Origin: Candidatus Sumerlaeaceae bacterium
GTDB lineage: Bacteria; Sumerlaeota; Sumerlaeia; Sumerlaeales; Sumerlaeaceae
DNA: 64,000 nt
Assembly (NCBI GenBank): GCA_049968255.1
Contig: JBMFRB010000009.1
Span: forward strand, 64,001-128,000
Direction of reading: 5' to 3'
How positions within the stretch are numbered: the first letter of the stretch is position 1; every line of letters starts with the position of its first letter. Below, in pieces: positions 30,201 through 41,872 of the stretch. Position numbers and translations under genes: made by a program. The notes below the pieces were generated by a model. That model did not search any database, had not been told where the DNA came from, and saw nothing but the letters and a program-made list of their open reading frames with translations.

Positions 30201-31398
30201 CGAGGTTGTTCTCAAGCCCGGCCAGCGCGTGACCGAGGCAGCGGTCGATTATGTCAAACGCAGTCTTGCCGTCGGCGGCGTGATTCCCGTAGAAGGCGAG
30301 CTGGGTACGCGGATCAAAATCGCTTACCAAACCTACTTCACTCGCAAGCAGCAGATCGAGGAAGATGCGCGCAATCGTATTGACCGCATCAAAGCCGGCG
30401 AAGAGTTGCCCATGGGCGTCCTCAAAACCTGCAAAGTCTATGTGGCGGTGAAGCGCAAGCTTCAAGTGGGCGACAAGATGGCCGGTCGCCACGGAAATAA
30501 GGGGGTGGTAGCGAAGATCGTGCCGGAAGAAGATATGCCTTTCCTTGCAGATGGGCGCCGAGTGGATATCGTCCTCAACCCCTTGGGTGTGCCGTCGCGC
30601 ATGAACGTCGGCCAAATTCTCGAGACGCACCTCGGTTGGGCCGCTCAGGCACTTGGCTTTAAAGTGGCCACGCCGGTGTTCGACGGCGCCAAAGAGGATG
30701 AAATCCGCGAATTGCTCATCAAGGCACGCAATGAAAAACTCCGGCAAAGTGGCGACCATCGTGCGTTTGAAGAATTGTCGGATGCCGAGAAGATGCTAGA
30801 CCTGAATCCCACAGGCCAGGTTACGCTTTTCGACGGGGCGACAGGTGAACCCTTCGATACGCCGGTTACCGTGGGCTACATGTACATGATGAAACTGGCC
30901 CATCTCGTGGACGACAAGATGCATGCTCGCGCCACCGGCCCGTACTCGCTTGTCACGCAGCAACCGCTCGGCGGCAAGGCACAAGCGGGAGGCCAGCGCT
31001 TCGGCGAAATGGAGGTGTGGGCACTAGAAGCCTATGGCGCGGCTTACACCCTCCAGGAGATGCTGACCGTCAAGAGCGACGACATCGTGGGCCGCACCAA
31101 GATGTACGAGAATATCGTCCACGGGACGAACTTCCTCGAAGCAGGAGTCCCCGAAAGCTTCAACGTCCTTGTCAAGGAGCTCCAGGGCTTGTGCCTCAAC
31201 CTTGAGCTCCTGTGCGAAGAGGAAGAACTGCCCACCGTGAGCACGGCACTTGACGAAAGCATTCTCGCTCAGCGGCGCGAGGCCGGTGACTTCGACAGCG
31301 ACGATGATTTGGCCTCGACGTTTGCCGCGGCCGATGCAGAGGATGAAATCGAAGGCGAGCTCGATTCGGATGACTCGAACTCCGACGACGAGTTATAA
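27202..31398 (+). CDS. rpoB: DNA-directed RNA polymerase subunit beta
   Basis: RBS GAGGAGG; '[15 protein letters not shown]', '[19 protein letters not shown]', '[12 protein letters not shown]', 'GGQRFGEME'. Confidence 0.99.
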   Translation: MVKLTNRSLPTTPTGRVNFSRLKEVLDVPYLLETMKKSYDEFLQAHVPPDMRENVGLQAAFTSIFPIKAANSETSLEFVEYTIGRPKYTEQECLERGLTYAAPLQAKLQLCVRERNPETAEVDIRDIREQNTYIGDIPLMTDRGTFIINGAERVIVSQLHRSPGVAFGSTVHSNGKTLYEARVIPNYGAWIEFKVDINDVMYVEVDRKRKMLATTFLKCFGMSDNDEIARRFFRLKKVPLDDFSQGAVLVAEAVEKYLGAHFVEDVIDPKTGERLIEKGAKVTKKAVQLLQSHGIKKVHLDVAPAYEGLIGAVLGAEVVDKKTGEVLGECFEKITTTHLRQFALAGVKEITIIDVLENETNVMLATVIKDKVTTREEALGELFKRMRQGTPVTPQGARRLFEELFENPRRYDLGYVGRYKLNRRFGLNVPEDCRLLTVDDVAAIMKHLAQMAKEGLEEDDIDHLGTRRVRSVGELFQNQFRAALAELERTAREKMNQGAELENLNPQSLINAKPIIAAVREFFGRSPLSQFMDQINPLSELTHKRRLSALGPGGLSRERAGFEVRDVHHTHYGRICPIETPEGPNIGLISSLSTYARINALGFIETPYRRVVKGVVTDEIVYMTADEEDKYVVAQANAPVDEQGQLLGELVLARRRGDFVEVPPQEVDFMDVSPKQLVSVSAALIPFLEHDDANRALMGSNMQRQAVPLLRTEAPIVGTGLEHRAAVDSGACVLARNDGIVERVTASEIVVRNELGQLDYYPLLKYRRSNQDTCLNQKPIVNEGDQVEAGQVIADGPATDHGELALGRNLLVAFMPFGGYNFEDAIVISERVVKDDAYTSIHIEVFSHDARETKAGKEEITRDIPNVGEEKLRNLDENGLIIIGSEVKPGDYLVGKVTPRPEQERGPEDRLLAAIFGDKSHDVRDASLKAPAGCYGTVVDVKMFSRKERSARSDKLDKQEIEKVEQEKMRLLEDEETNFSRRLTELLAKISKPIVNYETGEVVLKPGQRVTEAAVDYVKRSLAVGGVIPVEGELGTRIKIAYQTYFTRKQQIEEDARNRIDRIKAGEELPMGVLKTCKVYVAVKRKLQVGDKMAGRHGNKGVVAKIVPEEDMPFLADGRRVDIVLNPLGVPSRMNVGQILETHLGWAAQALGFKVATPVFDGAKEDEIRELLIKARNEKLRQSGDHRAFEELSDAEKMLDLNPTGQVTLFDGATGEPFDTPVTVGYMYMMKLAHLVDDKMHARATGPYSLVTQQPLGGKAQAGGQRFGEMEVWALEAYGAAYTLQEMLTVKSDDIVGRTKMYENIVHGTNFLEAGVPESFNVLVKELQGLCLNLELLCEEEELPTVSTALDESILAQRREAGDFDSDDDLASTFAAADAEDEIEGELDSDDSNSDDEL

Positions 31399-31510
31399 GT
31401 TTCACGCCGACGCGAGAGAGGCTAAAGACCGGCTTGGCCTTGTCTTGACGAATCTCGAAAGCCGGTAAACGCATTCAAAAACTAACACAAACCCGTAAGG
31501 GCGGAACACT

Positions 31511-34500
31511 ATGGCGAAGACCAACGATAGCAGCCAGGAAAAATCTAAGCGTGTTACGACGCGCAGCTCAAAACGCATTCAGCGCGGAACCAAACTCGAA
31601 AGCCTAGCCTTTGAAGGAGTGCGCGAACTCGACCAGGCGGAGATGCCTCAATACCGCCCCATCCCGATTGGCGGCGAATCGGATGAGCGTGTCAATCTCA
31701 ATGAGCTGACACCGATTGCGCGCATCTCGCTGGCGTCGCCCGAGATGATCCTGAGCTGGTCGCAGCGTCACGCACAGTTGGGAGCACTGCGGTCGGCGCG
31801 GCTCTTCGATGACCATGGCCGCCTCATTGAATCGCTGAGCTTCGGCGAAGTGCGTAAGCCAGAAACAATCAATTACCGCACCTTCAAGCCCGAGCGCGAT
31901 GGCCTTTTCTGCGAACGCATTTTCGGCCCAGTGAAGGACTGGGAGTGCTCCTGCGGCAAGTACAAGAAGATCAAATACAAAGGCATCGTCTGCGACCGCT
32001 GCGGCGTGGAAGTCATCGAGTCAAAAGTTCGCCGCGTGCGGATGGGCCACATCAAGTTGGCTTCGCCTGTCTGCCACATCTGGTATTATCATGGCACGGG
32101 TTCGCGGATCAGCGCACTGCTTGACCTCAGCGCGAAAGAATTGACCGAGGTCGTCTACCTGCAGAAGTACATCGTCGTGGATCCGGGGGACACGCCGTTG
32201 GCTGAGCGCCAGATCCTGACCGACGCCGAAGCGCGCCAGTATCGCGAAATGTACGGCGACAAGGTGAAAATTGGCACCGGCGCCGAGGCGATCAAAGAGT
32301 TACTCAAAAGACTTGATATCGAGCAGTTGGCCCGCGAGCTGGCGCTCGAAATGCGCAAGACCCCGTCGCAGCAAAAGCGGGCCCGGATCATCAAGCGCTT
32401 GAAGGTCGTCGAGGCTTTCCGCGGCTCAGGAAACCGACCCGAGTGGATGGTCATTGATGTGTTGCCAGTCATACCGCCCGATCTGCGCCCCTTGGTGCAG
32501 CTCGACGGGGGGCGGGTGGCGACCACGGACCTCAACGATCTTTACCGCCGCATTATCAACCGCAATAACCGCCTTAAGAGGATGCTTGAGCTGCAGTCGC
32601 CCGAAGTGATCATCCGCAACGAAAAGCGTATGCTGCAAGAGGCGGTGGACGCGCTCCTGGACAACTCCAAGCGCGCGCGCCCGACCAAAGGCCACAACAA
32701 CCGACCATTGAAATCACTCAGCGACTTGCTCAAAGGCAAGACCGGGCGGTTCCGCCAGAATCTCCTGGGTAAGCGCGTGGACTATTCTGGCCGGTCGGTG
32801 ATCGTGGTCGGCCCCGAGCTACGCTTCAACGAGTGCGGGTTGCCCAAGAAAATGGCCCTCGAGCTCTTCGATCCTTTCATCATCGGGGAGCTTCAGCGGC
32901 GCGGAATTACCAACAATATTAAAGCAGCAAAACGACTCATTGAGAGTGAAGCGCCCGAGGTCTACGACTGCCTCGAAAGCATCATCGCCGATCACCCTGT
33001 GCTGCTCAACCGCGCACCTACCTTGCACCGCTTGGGCGTGCAAGCCTTTATGCCCAAGCTCATCGAGGGAAAGGCTATCCAGCTTCACCCGCTGGCATGT
33101 GCCGCGTTCAATGCGGACTTCGACGGCGACCAAATGGCTGTACATGTGCCGCTCTCGGTCGAGGCAATCCTCGAGGCCAAGCGCCTCATGATGGCGGAAA
33201 ACAATATCCTCCTGCCCGCCAGCGGAAAGCCCGTGGCTGTGCCCTCGCAGGACGTCGTGCTGGGGCTCTTTTATCTGACGAAGCTCGTTCCTAACACCGA
33301 GCGTTATGCCAATGCTAAAGATGACGAAGAGAAAAAGCTGCTCAAGCCGAAGTTCAGCTCCCCGGACGAGGTTGTCATGGCCTTCAACTACGGCCGGGTG
33401 AAGCTGCACGAAGAAATCACTGTGCGGCTGGCCGATGGACGGCGCATTGCGACCACCCCTGGTCGGGTCATCTTCTCGCAGATGCTTCCGCGCGAAATCG
33501 AATTCTTCGACACGGCAAAAAACCCAACGTTTGCTAACCAAGTCCAGACGAAAAAGACGCTTGCGCAGATCGTAGCCCTTGCGCACAAGCGTGTCGGCAA
33601 GAAGCGCACCGCCGAAATGCTTGATCGCATCAAGGACCTTGGGTTCTCCTATGCCAAGCGTGCCGGCATCTCGATGTGCATCGATGATTTGGTCATTCCC
33701 AAGAGAAAGGAAGAGATCATTAAGCGGGCACGTGAGCGCGTGAAAAAGATTGAGCAGCAATTCCGGCAAGGGCTCATTTCCAACAGTGAGCGCTACCAGA
33801 AGGTCATTCACGAATGGAACCTCGCAGCCGAGGAGGTTGCTCGCGAGCTGCTGACACAGCTGTCGCAAGATCAAAATGGCCTCAATCCCGTGTTCATGAT
33901 GGCGCATTCGGGGGCCCGGGGCAACGAGTCGCAGATTCGTCAGCTCGCCGGCATGCGCGGGCTCATGCAGAAACCGACGAAGAAAATCACCGGTGGCGTC
34001 GGCGAAATTATCGAATCGCCCATTACGTCGAATTTCCGCGAGGGACTTACCGTGCTCGAGTATTTTATTTCGACGCACGGTGCGCGCAAGGGTCTTGCCG
34101 ACACAGCGCTAAAGACCTCCGACGCCGGCTACCTCACGCGTAGGCTCGTGGATGTGGCTCAGGACCTCATCATCCGCGAGCACGACTGTGGCACACTTGA
34201 CGGCATCGAAGTGTCGGCTCTCAAGGAAATCACCCACACGGGCGAGCGCGAGCTCGTGCCGCTGTCTGAACGCGTCTTGGGCCGCGTCGCAGCAAGGACA
34301 GTTGTTCACCCGAAAACGGGTGCAACGATTGTCGCACGCAACCAAGAAATTACTGAGGAAATCGCACGCGAGCTTGAGACCGCGGGCATTGAAAAATTGA
34401 TGATTCGCAGCGTTTTGACGTGCGAATCTCGGCGCGGCATTTGTGCTCTGTGTTACGGCCGGAATCTCGCGACGGGTCGTTTGGTCGAGCCAGGCGAAGC

Positions 34501-35896
34501 TGTCGGCGTTATTGCAGCGCAGTCCATCGGCGAGCCCGGAACGCAGCTCACCCTGCGCACGTTCCACATCGGCGGCATGGCCTCGCTCACGGTGGAAGGA
34601 TGGTACCAGGCTTCCGCGGATGGTCGCGTCAAGTTTGTGGGGCTCGAATATGTGGAGCGCGCCGAGGGCGACCCTGTCGTGATCAACCGTGGCGGAACGA
34701 TCCTCGTCGAGTCAAACGACGGTGTCATTCTCCAGACGATGCCCAACGTGCCCTATGGTGCGCGTCTGAAGGTCAAAGATGGCCAAGAGGTGAAAAAGAA
34801 TCAGCGATTGGCCGAGTGGGATCCACACTTCACCCCCATCCTCAGCGAGAGAGATGGTTATGTGCGCCTGCACGACATCATTCCTGGCGTTACCATGACG
34901 GAAGAAGAGGATCTTACAACTGGCGCAAGGGTGCGCCTCATCACCGAACATCGCGAGGACCGTCATCCCTCTGTCGAAATTTGCGACGAGCAGGGCAATA
35001 AGCTGGTATCCTACGCCTTGAGCTCCGGAACAATCCTTGATCGCGATTTGGTCGACGGCCGCTTCGTGCGCGCTGGCGACATTCTCGGCCGTATTCCACG
35101 CGTCCATGCAAAATCGAAAGACATCACAGGCGGCCTGCCGCGCGTGGAAGAACTTTTCGAAGCCCGAAAGCCCAAAGATGCTGCCGTTGTCGCGGAGATT
35201 GATGGCCGCCTTGAACTCCGCGGTGCCCACCGGGGCACGCGGCGCGTGGCTATTGTTAGCGACGAGGGCCAAGAGCGCATTTATTCTATCCCTGCGAACA
35301 GGCACCTCATCTATTCGGATGGCCAACGGGTAAAAGCTGGCGACCCGATTACCGACGGCACTGTTTCGCCGCATGATATCCTCGACATTCTCGGCGAAAA
35401 AGCCGTCATGGAATACCTCCTCTCTGAAGTTCAGGAGGTTTATCGCCTGCAAAATGTGAGCATCAACGATAAGCACATCGAGTGCATCATCCGTCAGATG
35501 CTCAAGAAAGTGGTCGTGACCGAAGTCGGCAATACCCGGTTCTATTACGGCCAGCAGGTGGACAAAGATGAATTCGAGGAAGAAAACCGCATCACTGTGA
35601 GCAAAGGCGGCACGCCTGCCAAGGGCAAGCCGAAACTCTCGGGTATCACCAAAGCAGCGCTCGAAACCGAGTCGTTTATCGCGGCTGCCAGCTTCCAAGA
35701 AACACCACGAGTGCTTGCCGATGCTGCCGTCCGCGGCCGATACGATTACCTGCGCGGCCTGAAAGAAAACGTGATCATGGGCTTGCTCATCCCGGCTGGA
35801 ACAGGACTGCCCGTGTATCGCAATATCGAGGTGAAACCGAAGAAGGAAGAAGAGACTCTCGGCGCTGGAGTGGGTCAGCTTGCCGACGCTCAATGA
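31511..35896 (+). CDS. rpoC: DNA-directed RNA polymerase subunit beta'
   Basis: '[13 protein letters not shown]', Zn-binding 'CSCGKY..CDRC', catalytic '[12 protein letters not shown]', '[13 protein letters not shown]'. Confidence 0.99.
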   Translation: MAKTNDSSQEKSKRVTTRSSKRIQRGTKLESLAFEGVRELDQAEMPQYRPIPIGGESDERVNLNELTPIARISLASPEMILSWSQRHAQLGALRSARLFDDHGRLIESLSFGEVRKPETINYRTFKPERDGLFCERIFGPVKDWECSCGKYKKIKYKGIVCDRCGVEVIESKVRRVRMGHIKLASPVCHIWYYHGTGSRISALLDLSAKELTEVVYLQKYIVVDPGDTPLAERQILTDAEARQYREMYGDKVKIGTGAEAIKELLKRLDIEQLARELALEMRKTPSQQKRARIIKRLKVVEAFRGSGNRPEWMVIDVLPVIPPDLRPLVQLDGGRVATTDLNDLYRRIINRNNRLKRMLELQSPEVIIRNEKRMLQEAVDALLDNSKRARPTKGHNNRPLKSLSDLLKGKTGRFRQNLLGKRVDYSGRSVIVVGPELRFNECGLPKKMALELFDPFIIGELQRRGITNNIKAAKRLIESEAPEVYDCLESIIADHPVLLNRAPTLHRLGVQAFMPKLIEGKAIQLHPLACAAFNADFDGDQMAVHVPLSVEAILEAKRLMMAENNILLPASGKPVAVPSQDVVLGLFYLTKLVPNTERYANAKDDEEKKLLKPKFSSPDEVVMAFNYGRVKLHEEITVRLADGRRIATTPGRVIFSQMLPREIEFFDTAKNPTFANQVQTKKTLAQIVALAHKRVGKKRTAEMLDRIKDLGFSYAKRAGISMCIDDLVIPKRKEEIIKRARERVKKIEQQFRQGLISNSERYQKVIHEWNLAAEEVARELLTQLSQDQNGLNPVFMMAHSGARGNESQIRQLAGMRGLMQKPTKKITGGVGEIIESPITSNFREGLTVLEYFISTHGARKGLADTALKTSDAGYLTRRLVDVAQDLIIREHDCGTLDGIEVSALKEITHTGERELVPLSERVLGRVAARTVVHPKTGATIVARNQEITEEIARELETAGIEKLMIRSVLTCESRRGICALCYGRNLATGRLVEPGEAVGVIAAQSIGEPGTQLTLRTFHIGGMASLTVEGWYQASADGRVKFVGLEYVERAEGDPVVINRGGTILVESNDGVILQTMPNVPYGARLKVKDGQEVKKNQRLAEWDPHFTPILSERDGYVRLHDIIPGVTMTEEEDLTTGARVRLITEHREDRHPSVEICDEQGNKLVSYALSSGTILDRDLVDGRFVRAGDILGRIPRVHAKSKDITGGLPRVEELFEARKPKDAAVVAEIDGRLELRGAHRGTRRVAIVSDEGQERIYSIPANRHLIYSDGQRVKAGDPITDGTVSPHDILDILGEKAVMEYLLSEVQEVYRLQNVSINDKHIECIIRQMLKKVVVTEVGNTRFYYGQQVDKDEFEEENRITVSKGGTPAKGKPKLSGITKAALETESFIAAASFQETPRVLADAAVRGRYDYLRGLKENVIMGLLIPAGTGLPVYRNIEVKPKKEEETLGAGVGQLADAQ

Positions 35897-35927
35897 GAGC
35901 GGTTGATTCCGCAACGTTGGAAAATCT

Positions 35928-35963
35928 GGGCTGCAGTTGCAAAAACTGCAGCCTGTTTTTTTT
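35928..35963 (+). terminator. Intrinsic terminator of rpoBC
   Basis: Stem GGCTGCAGTT/AACTGCAGCC followed by TGTTTTTTTT. Confidence 0.85.
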
Positions 35964-36187
35964 CGAAGGTTTGCCTTCGGAGTAATTTTCAGTACCATAG
36001 TCGGTGGCGCACAGAAACATCCGTTGCATAAAACGTGACTGTGCACCAATACCACCTTGCAAGATAGGCGAAGCTCCTTCGAAAAATGCTAACAAAAGAG
36101 ACAATCTCTCGTTTGCATTTGACACTCCGTCGCGCGCTTTTACGGGTAATGCGTTGTATTGATTTCCGAGGAACACCGACGCACAGA

Positions 36188-37291
36188 ATGGAAAACTCAG
36201 CAGCGATGAAATCCTCTCACGCCGTGAAATCATGCGTTGTTTTTGCGGCACTTTTGCTTGTGGTTGCCTGCAATTCCCCGGACGATTACCGTCGCGCCAA
36301 AACATATCTCGATCAGGGGGACTTGGCGCGTGCAGAGCAGCTCTTTCTCAAAGCAGCTGCAAAGGACCCAAAAGATGCCCGACCGCTTCTGAAATTAGCC
36401 ACTATCTATTTCCGCGAGGAAAAGTTTGAAGATGCGGCCAGAACCCTCGAAAAAGCCCGGGCGCTTGTTCCCGAAGATGGTGAAATTGCAGCGCGCTTGG
36501 CTCTTGCGTTGCAGAAATCCGGACGGCCCGGCGATGCAGCGACAGTAGCGCGAAAAGCGCTCCAGCTTGATGATGTGCAAAAGGATAAAAAGATGCGCGA
36601 ACGGCTGGAGAAATTGATAACTGAACTGGAGAGTGAGATTCCCGTTACTGAGCAGGCTCGACAGGGTGAAAAAACAGTGCAACAAGACCAGACCACGACA
36701 GGTGCAACTGGCGCTGACCGCGCGACGACAGAGACTGCCGCGCGCGACGTCTCTCCCTGTGCCCCGCTGCCCACGCCCCCAATCAAACGCGAAGATCTTG
36801 CTAAACTTATTCCTAGCGACGCTCCGGGACGTGTCATCATCCGCTGGCGCACGGAAACCCAAGAGGAAAACCTCGGCTTCAATATCTACCGAAGCGAAAA
36901 CCCCGAAGGTCCCTACCAGCGCATTAATCGCTCGCTCATACCGGGCGAAGGCTCAACGAATATTCCCAAAGACTATTGTTTCGAAGACAAACCTCTGCCG
37001 CGCGGAAAAGTCTTCTACTACTATATCGAAACAGTCTCTGTGAATGGAGTGCACGAAGTTCTCGAAGGCACCAAAGGCACACGAGTAAAAGTGAAAACTG
37101 TGGAAGAGGAACGCGAGTGGCTTTGGAAGAAAGTCATGGGTGAAGATCATCCGAGCACACCCACTTCCGAAGCACGATCTGTCCTTCAGCAGCGCCAGAC
37201 GGCAACGACAAGATCGTCCACTGTTGCTTATTTCACCCTGAAATCGGACCAAGAAGCAACCACGCCAGCTGTGGCCGATCCCATCTATTGA
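36188..37291 (+). CDS. TPR-containing lipoprotein with C-terminal Fn3/Ig-like domain
   Basis: Lipobox 'LLVVAC'; TPR-like repeats; Thr-rich linker; 'WRTETQEENLGFNIYRS'. Start 36188 or 36206. Confidence 0.75.
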   Translation: MENSAAMKSSHAVKSCVVFAALLLVVACNSPDDYRRAKTYLDQGDLARAEQLFLKAAAKDPKDARPLLKLATIYFREEKFEDAARTLEKARALVPEDGEIAARLALALQKSGRPGDAATVARKALQLDDVQKDKKMRERLEKLITELESEIPVTEQARQGEKTVQQDQTTTGATGADRATTETAARDVSPCAPLPTPPIKREDLAKLIPSDAPGRVIIRWRTETQEENLGFNIYRSENPEGPYQRINRSLIPGEGSTNIPKDYCFEDKPLPRGKVFYYYIETVSVNGVHEVLEGTKGTRVKVKTVEEEREWLWKKVMGEDHPSTPTSEARSVLQQRQTATTRSSTVAYFTLKSDQEATTPAVADPIY

Positions 37292-37314
37292 GAAAAGGAG
37301 CAGACAACTAGGTC

Positions 37315-38265
37315 ATGCCCGTTACCTTGATTACAGGTGGAGCAGGTTTTATTGGCTCGCATCTGTGCGAACGTTTTCTTGCCGAAGGCCACCACGTGAT
37401 TGCGATGGACAACTTGATAACAGGTTCCGTCGCAAACATTGAGCATATCCGCGATCCTCGGTTCCACTTTATTCATTATGACGTCACTGAATACATCTAC
37501 GTGAAGGGGCCTGTCCACAATGTGCTCCACTTTGCGTCGCCGGCGAGTCCCGCCGACTACATGCGCATGCCCATCCAAACACTGAAAGTGGGGTCGCTGG
37601 GAACCCACAAGGCCCTCGGCCTGGCGCGTGAGAAAAACGCGCGCTTCCTCTTGGCGAGCACAAGCGAAGTTTATGGCGACCCGGAAGTTCATCCACAGCC
37701 GGAGACCTATTGGGGCAACGTCAACCCCGTGGGGCCACGCGGTGTTTACGACGAGGCAAAGCGCTTCGCCGAAGCGATGACAATTGCCTATCACCGCTAC
37801 CATGGTGTGAATACACGAATTGCCCGCATCTTCAATACCTACGGGCCTCGTATGAGAATGCATGACGGCAGGGTCGTGCCCAGTTTTATTGCCTCGGTGC
37901 TTCGCAATGAGCCTCTGACCGTTTATGGTTCAGGCAAGCAAACGCGCAGTTTTTGTTACATTGACGACCTTGTCGAGGGCCTCTGGCGCCTGCTCAATTC
38001 CGACGAGGTTATGCCCGTCAACCTGGGCTCCGAGTTCGAAATGACCATTGAGGAGTTCGCGCATCTCATCAAACGGCTGGCCAACAGCAATGTGCCCATC
38101 GTCTACGCACCGCTGCCGGAGGATGATCCCAAAACACGGCGGCCGGACTTGACAAAGGCGCGCACGCTGCTCGGTTGGGAGCCTAAGGTCTCGCTCGAAG
38201 AGGGGCTGCGGCGCACCATCGAGTACTTCCGAGAGAACTACGAGCGCACCCACCCCCAGGGTTGA
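37315..38265 (+). CDS. UDP-glucuronic acid decarboxylase (UXS-like extended SDR)
   Basis: '[12 protein letters not shown]', 'ASPASP', '[10 protein letters not shown]', 'YDEAKR', '[10 protein letters not shown]', 'DDPKTRRPD'. Confidence 0.9.
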   Translation: MPVTLITGGAGFIGSHLCERFLAEGHHVIAMDNLITGSVANIEHIRDPRFHFIHYDVTEYIYVKGPVHNVLHFASPASPADYMRMPIQTLKVGSLGTHKALGLAREKNARFLLASTSEVYGDPEVHPQPETYWGNVNPVGPRGVYDEAKRFAEAMTIAYHRYHGVNTRIARIFNTYGPRMRMHDGRVVPSFIASVLRNEPLTVYGSGKQTRSFCYIDDLVEGLWRLLNSDEVMPVNLGSEFEMTIEEFAHLIKRLANSNVPIVYAPLPEDDPKTRRPDLTKARTLLGWEPKVSLEEGLRRTIEYFRENYERTHPQG

Positions 38266-38342
38266 AGGTTGCCAGCACAAAAATGCTCGGCTCCCGAAAT
38301 CCACCGAGGTGGCCAAACTTTAGAGGTGAGGGTTAGGGCCTT

Positions 38343-39635
38343 ATGAGTCAACCAGCGAAGACATATTCCTACGAACTTCTCGACAGCATTGCGTCAAAAA
38401 TCGGCACCCCGTACTGGCTGCTCGATGCGGGGCTGTTGCGCGCCCGCATTGCCGAAGTCAAAGCGGTCACCGAGCCCGCTGGCGTGCGGGTGCGCTATGC
38501 GATGAAGGCGCTTTCAAACACCCGCGTCCTTCAGGAGATGCGGGCTGCTGACTTATGGATCGATGCTGTTTCGGGGAACGAAGTTCTGCGGGCTTTGCAC
38601 GCTGGTTTCCCAGCTGGACAGAAGCCCCCCGTTATCATGCTAACAGCGGACGTGTTCCGAAACAATGCGCGGGACGTCGTCCTAGAGCATAACATCTTCC
38701 CCAACATCGGGTCCCCTGGCATGATCCACGCTTTGGCCGAAGCCGGTTACCAAGGCGACATCGCCGTCCGCCTCAATCCAGGGTTTGGGCACGGGCATGT
38801 GAATGCTTGCGACACCGGCGGGCCAAGCTCGAAACACGGCATCTGGCACGAACGCCTTGCGGAGACAGTGGAAGAAGCACGCCACCACGGCATGCGTGTG
38901 GTTATGCTCCACGCTCACATCGGTAGTGGTCCAAAGATTACAGAACTTCTTCAAAATTTGCGACGATTGACGCGCGAATACGCAACGCTTCTCCAGAAAT
39001 TCCCCGACGTGGAAGCCGTGAGCCTCGGTGGCGGCATTCCTCACACTTACAAAGAAACCGAGCCGCCAGTTGACATCGTGCCGCTCAGGGAGCTTTTCCA
39101 GGAGGCCAAGACAGAACTCGAAAAAGCTGCGGGAAAGCCTCTTCGCGTCGAGATCGAGCCCGGGCGCTATTTTGTCGCTCCCTGTGCCACTCTGGTCACT
39201 CGCGTGATGGACGTAAAGAGAACCGAAACGAATCCCAAAGGACCGGGGCGCACGTTTGCCATGGTGGACGCCGGTTTTGTGGATCTGGTGCGTCCTGCCA
39301 TGTACGGTTCGTATCATCGCATCACCGTTATTGGAGCTAGGACATCTAATCCGGTGCAAGAGATCGTGGTGGCGGGGCCGTTATGTGAATCGGGTGATGT
39401 TTTCACTCGCGATGCGTCAGAGCTATTGGCACCGCGCCGTCTTCCTCGCCCCGAGCCTGGCGATCTCATCTGCATCCACGACGGCGGAGCGTACGGCTAC
39501 GTCATGAGCTCGAACTATAATTCAATCGGCCGTGCTCCCCAAGTTTGGCTTGAAGAGGATGGTGGACTGCGCCTTATCTCGCGGCGCGAAACAGTAGAAG
39601 ACCTGCTCCGCATCGAAACGGACGACGCGCTCTAA
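38343..39635 (+). CDS. lysA: Diaminopimelate decarboxylase
   Basis: PLP lysine 'YAMKA', 'SKHGIW', 'HAHIGSG', 'IEPGRY', 'GPLCESGDVFT', 'MSSNYN'. Confidence 0.93.
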   Translation: MSQPAKTYSYELLDSIASKIGTPYWLLDAGLLRARIAEVKAVTEPAGVRVRYAMKALSNTRVLQEMRAADLWIDAVSGNEVLRALHAGFPAGQKPPVIMLTADVFRNNARDVVLEHNIFPNIGSPGMIHALAEAGYQGDIAVRLNPGFGHGHVNACDTGGPSSKHGIWHERLAETVEEARHHGMRVVMLHAHIGSGPKITELLQNLRRLTREYATLLQKFPDVEAVSLGGGIPHTYKETEPPVDIVPLRELFQEAKTELEKAAGKPLRVEIEPGRYFVAPCATLVTRVMDVKRTETNPKGPGRTFAMVDAGFVDLVRPAMYGSYHRITVIGARTSNPVQEIVVAGPLCESGDVFTRDASELLAPRRLPRPEPGDLICIHDGGAYGYVMSSNYNSIGRAPQVWLEEDGGLRLISRRETVEDLLRIETDDAL

Positions 39636-39675
39636 GCACAAGCACACGGCTTCGGCAGGTGCAAGGCCTCTGCTG

Positions 39676-41118
39676 CTATTGGTAAAGCGACCAATCGTCC
39701 CCAACGCTTGACGGCGGCGCATCAAAGGCTGGATAATTCGTGAACTCGACCGTTACGCGCCCGCGCCAGTCCGCCGTTTCGAAATCATAGGTGCCCGGCG
39801 TCTGTGTGGACACGGTAAGGGTCGTATCAGCAAGGTTATCATACGCATTCGTGATGTCTTCCGTGATCCCGTAGAGCAGGTCGTAATCAATCTCCTTTGT
39901 GTTTGTCTTGAGCACAAGCTGCGTTTCTCCCGGCAAAATCATGTCGTCGAACCAGAGAGCATCAAGGGTATGGGTGGTCTGTGCCGAAAGGCGGTAGTAA
40001 GGGAAATTCGTGTCATCGTAGCGATACTCGTGAATCGGGTCTGTGATCCCATAGAGTACCTGCGCCCGCGGCGAAAAAACGGAGACGCCGAACACGTACT
40101 CGCCGTCTCCGAGCCCAGAACGCTCTTTTGAGTTTTTGATAAGCACCTGCGCCAAACGGACGGTCACGCGTCGGCGCCCAAAGAGATCCGCCGCGATTCC
40201 GGCGCGCAATCCTTGGTTGTCTTTGCTACTTTCGTGAGTTGCGTGCACACAGCTTCGTGTGGGCCAAAGACCCAGGTATTTCGATTGTGCGCTGAGCTTG
40301 TGAAAAAAGGTGTCGCGCAAGAGTTGCACCCCATCATTGGGTTTTTGCGCTGCCAGCGTCAACGCGTAGCTATTTAAATTGTCATCCGATGGAATCCAAA
40401 TATGAATCGGAATAAGGCCAAGGAAAGGATTATCCGCTTCGTCATGCGGAGTGTAGATGTGGGCGTCTATCCAGCTATAGCTCATGTGCTCGAGATCTAT
40501 GGGATTCAGGTCTAGGACGTCGCTCATGAAATTCCGCAGCGAGCTGCCCCCCTCGCTGGCAATCCAATTGCCTGCCACCACTCCCTCGACCACAATCCAG
40601 CGAGCGATTTTGCCGCTGCTCACCAGCTGCTCGACGTCCTTCTCAACAATCCACCGTGAGACGAGTCCGCCCATACTCACCCCGAATAGGTTGATCTGCT
40701 GAGCCCCGGACCGCCGCATAACCTCCTTCGCATACTTCGCGGTGATGAGTGCGTAGCGGGGAACCCCTCCGCCGTAAGTGGATGTGACGGCTTCAAGATC
40801 GGCGATGTCTTGCGCTGTGTAGTAGGGGGGCGGCGTCTCGCCGTAATAATTTGCGAAAGCGACCTGATTTGGTGCGTAAGGGGCTACGTCCGCCGTGGGG
40901 AGTCCCACGGTCGCTGCTAGAGCTGTCACCGTCGGTGATGCAGTGTCTGCACCAAACACCCCATGGCTGCTGGCTCCGTCTTTATCAAAACCTCGCACCA
41001 CAATGGTTGCTGTGTGACTTGGCGGAGCGACTGCATGCAAAACCCCTGGGCTTATTGATAGTCCAAGAACGCCCATTGCACCCATGAGTACCCGCACACT
41101 CGAGTTCATCGCGCTCAC
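39676..41118 (-). CDS. Secreted alpha/beta-hydrolase (lipase/esterase-like) with C-terminal DWxLY tail
   Basis: Signal peptide; nucleophile elbow 'GVSMGG', 'NDGVQ', 'ATHES'; ends 'PSSVGDDWSLYQ'. Confidence 0.7.
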   Translation of the reverse strand: MSAMNSSVRVLMGAMGVLGLSISPGVLHAVAPPSHTATIVVRGFDKDGASSHGVFGADTASPTVTALAATVGLPTADVAPYAPNQVAFANYYGETPPPYYTAQDIADLEAVTSTYGGGVPRYALITAKYAKEVMRRSGAQQINLFGVSMGGLVSRWIVEKDVEQLVSSGKIARWIVVEGVVAGNWIASEGGSSLRNFMSDVLDLNPIDLEHMSYSWIDAHIYTPHDEADNPFLGLIPIHIWIPSDDNLNSYALTLAAQKPNDGVQLLRDTFFHKLSAQSKYLGLWPTRSCVHATHESSKDNQGLRAGIAADLFGRRRVTVRLAQVLIKNSKERSGLGDGEYVFGVSVFSPRAQVLYGITDPIHEYRYDDTNFPYYRLSAQTTHTLDALWFDDMILPGETQLVLKTNTKEIDYDLLYGITEDITNAYDNLADTTLTVSTQTPGTYDFETADWRGRVTVEFTNYPAFDAPPSSVGDDWSLYQ

Positions 41119-41312
41119 CTACACTAAAGTGCCTTTAGAATCTAATTATTTATAGCCCGGGAGCGAAAAGAAAACTCACGGGCGCATGCGGCTCGTGGCT
41201 CGATGCTCCGCACGAGCGCTGGTGGGTGCTTTTTCGTGCGAATTTTGACAGGCAAAGTCGGTAAACCAAAACCGTCCGGAAAGAACGAACCAAGCGAGTG
41301 GATTAGAGAACG

Positions 41313-41468
41313 ATGAAACGTACCTTTCAACCAAGTCTACGCAAACGATGGAACAAACACGGTTTTCGCGAGCGCATGAAGACAAAGAGCGGGCGTGCTG
41401 TGCTGGCGCGTCGACGGGCAAAGGGACGTCATCGTCTCACGGCATCCGACTCGCGGTCGGCTCGTTAG
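41313..41468 (+). CDS. rpmH: 50S ribosomal protein L34
   Basis: Not in the ORF track; manual translation [51 protein letters not shown]. Confidence 0.97.
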   Translation: MKRTFQPSLRKRWNKHGFRERMKTKSGRAVLARRRAKGRHRLTASDSRSAR

Positions 41469-41491
41469 ATTCGTGGCGATGCCGGTGGTGA

Positions 41492-41872
41492 GTGGGTGAC
41501 AGGAAAAGCCGCTTCTTTTTTCGTAAAGAGAACCGCGTTCGCAAGCGGCGCGATTTTCTTGATGCGTATGAGCGTGGCACCTCCTATCGGCGGCGGGGAG
41601 TTCACGTGTTTATTTGCCGGCGCGAAACCCGGGATCTTCCCACGCGGCTAGGCATCACGGTCACCCGAAAAGTGGGGCGTGCTGTCGTCCGTAACCGCCT
41701 GAAACGACTCGCCCGAGAAGCTTTTCGTCTTGTCTTGCCTTTCCTTGAGCCAGGCTACACGATCGTCGTGAACTTCGGGCCTGCTGCCAGGGAGATGAAG
41801 TTTCGGGATGTGCAAAAGCAGTTGTACTCGGTCTGGAAAGAGGCCGGAATCTTGAAAGATGACGCTGGGTGA
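41492..41872 (+). CDS. rnpA: Ribonuclease P protein component
   Basis: 'RLGITVTRKVGRAVVRNRLKRLAREAFR' RNR motif; located after rpmH. Confidence 0.95.
   Translation: MGDRKSRFFFRKENRVRKRRDFLDAYERGTSYRRRGVHVFICRRETRDLPTRLGITVTRKVGRAVVRNRLKRLAREAFRLVLPFLEPGYTIVVNFGPAAREMKFRDVQKQLYSVWKEAGILKDDAG

Noticed and set aside
27202-35896. Inteins or splits in rpoB/rpoC
   Set aside because: Lengths are normal, frames are continuous, and no intein terminal motifs are seen.
32819-36055. Long minus-strand ORFs (419 aa, 447 aa) and many similar ORFs opposite real genes
   Set aside because: Antisense shadows of rpoC and other well-supported genes; no recognisable motifs.
41119-41312. oriC next to rpmH
   Set aside because: No dnaA and no DnaA boxes seen in this interval.
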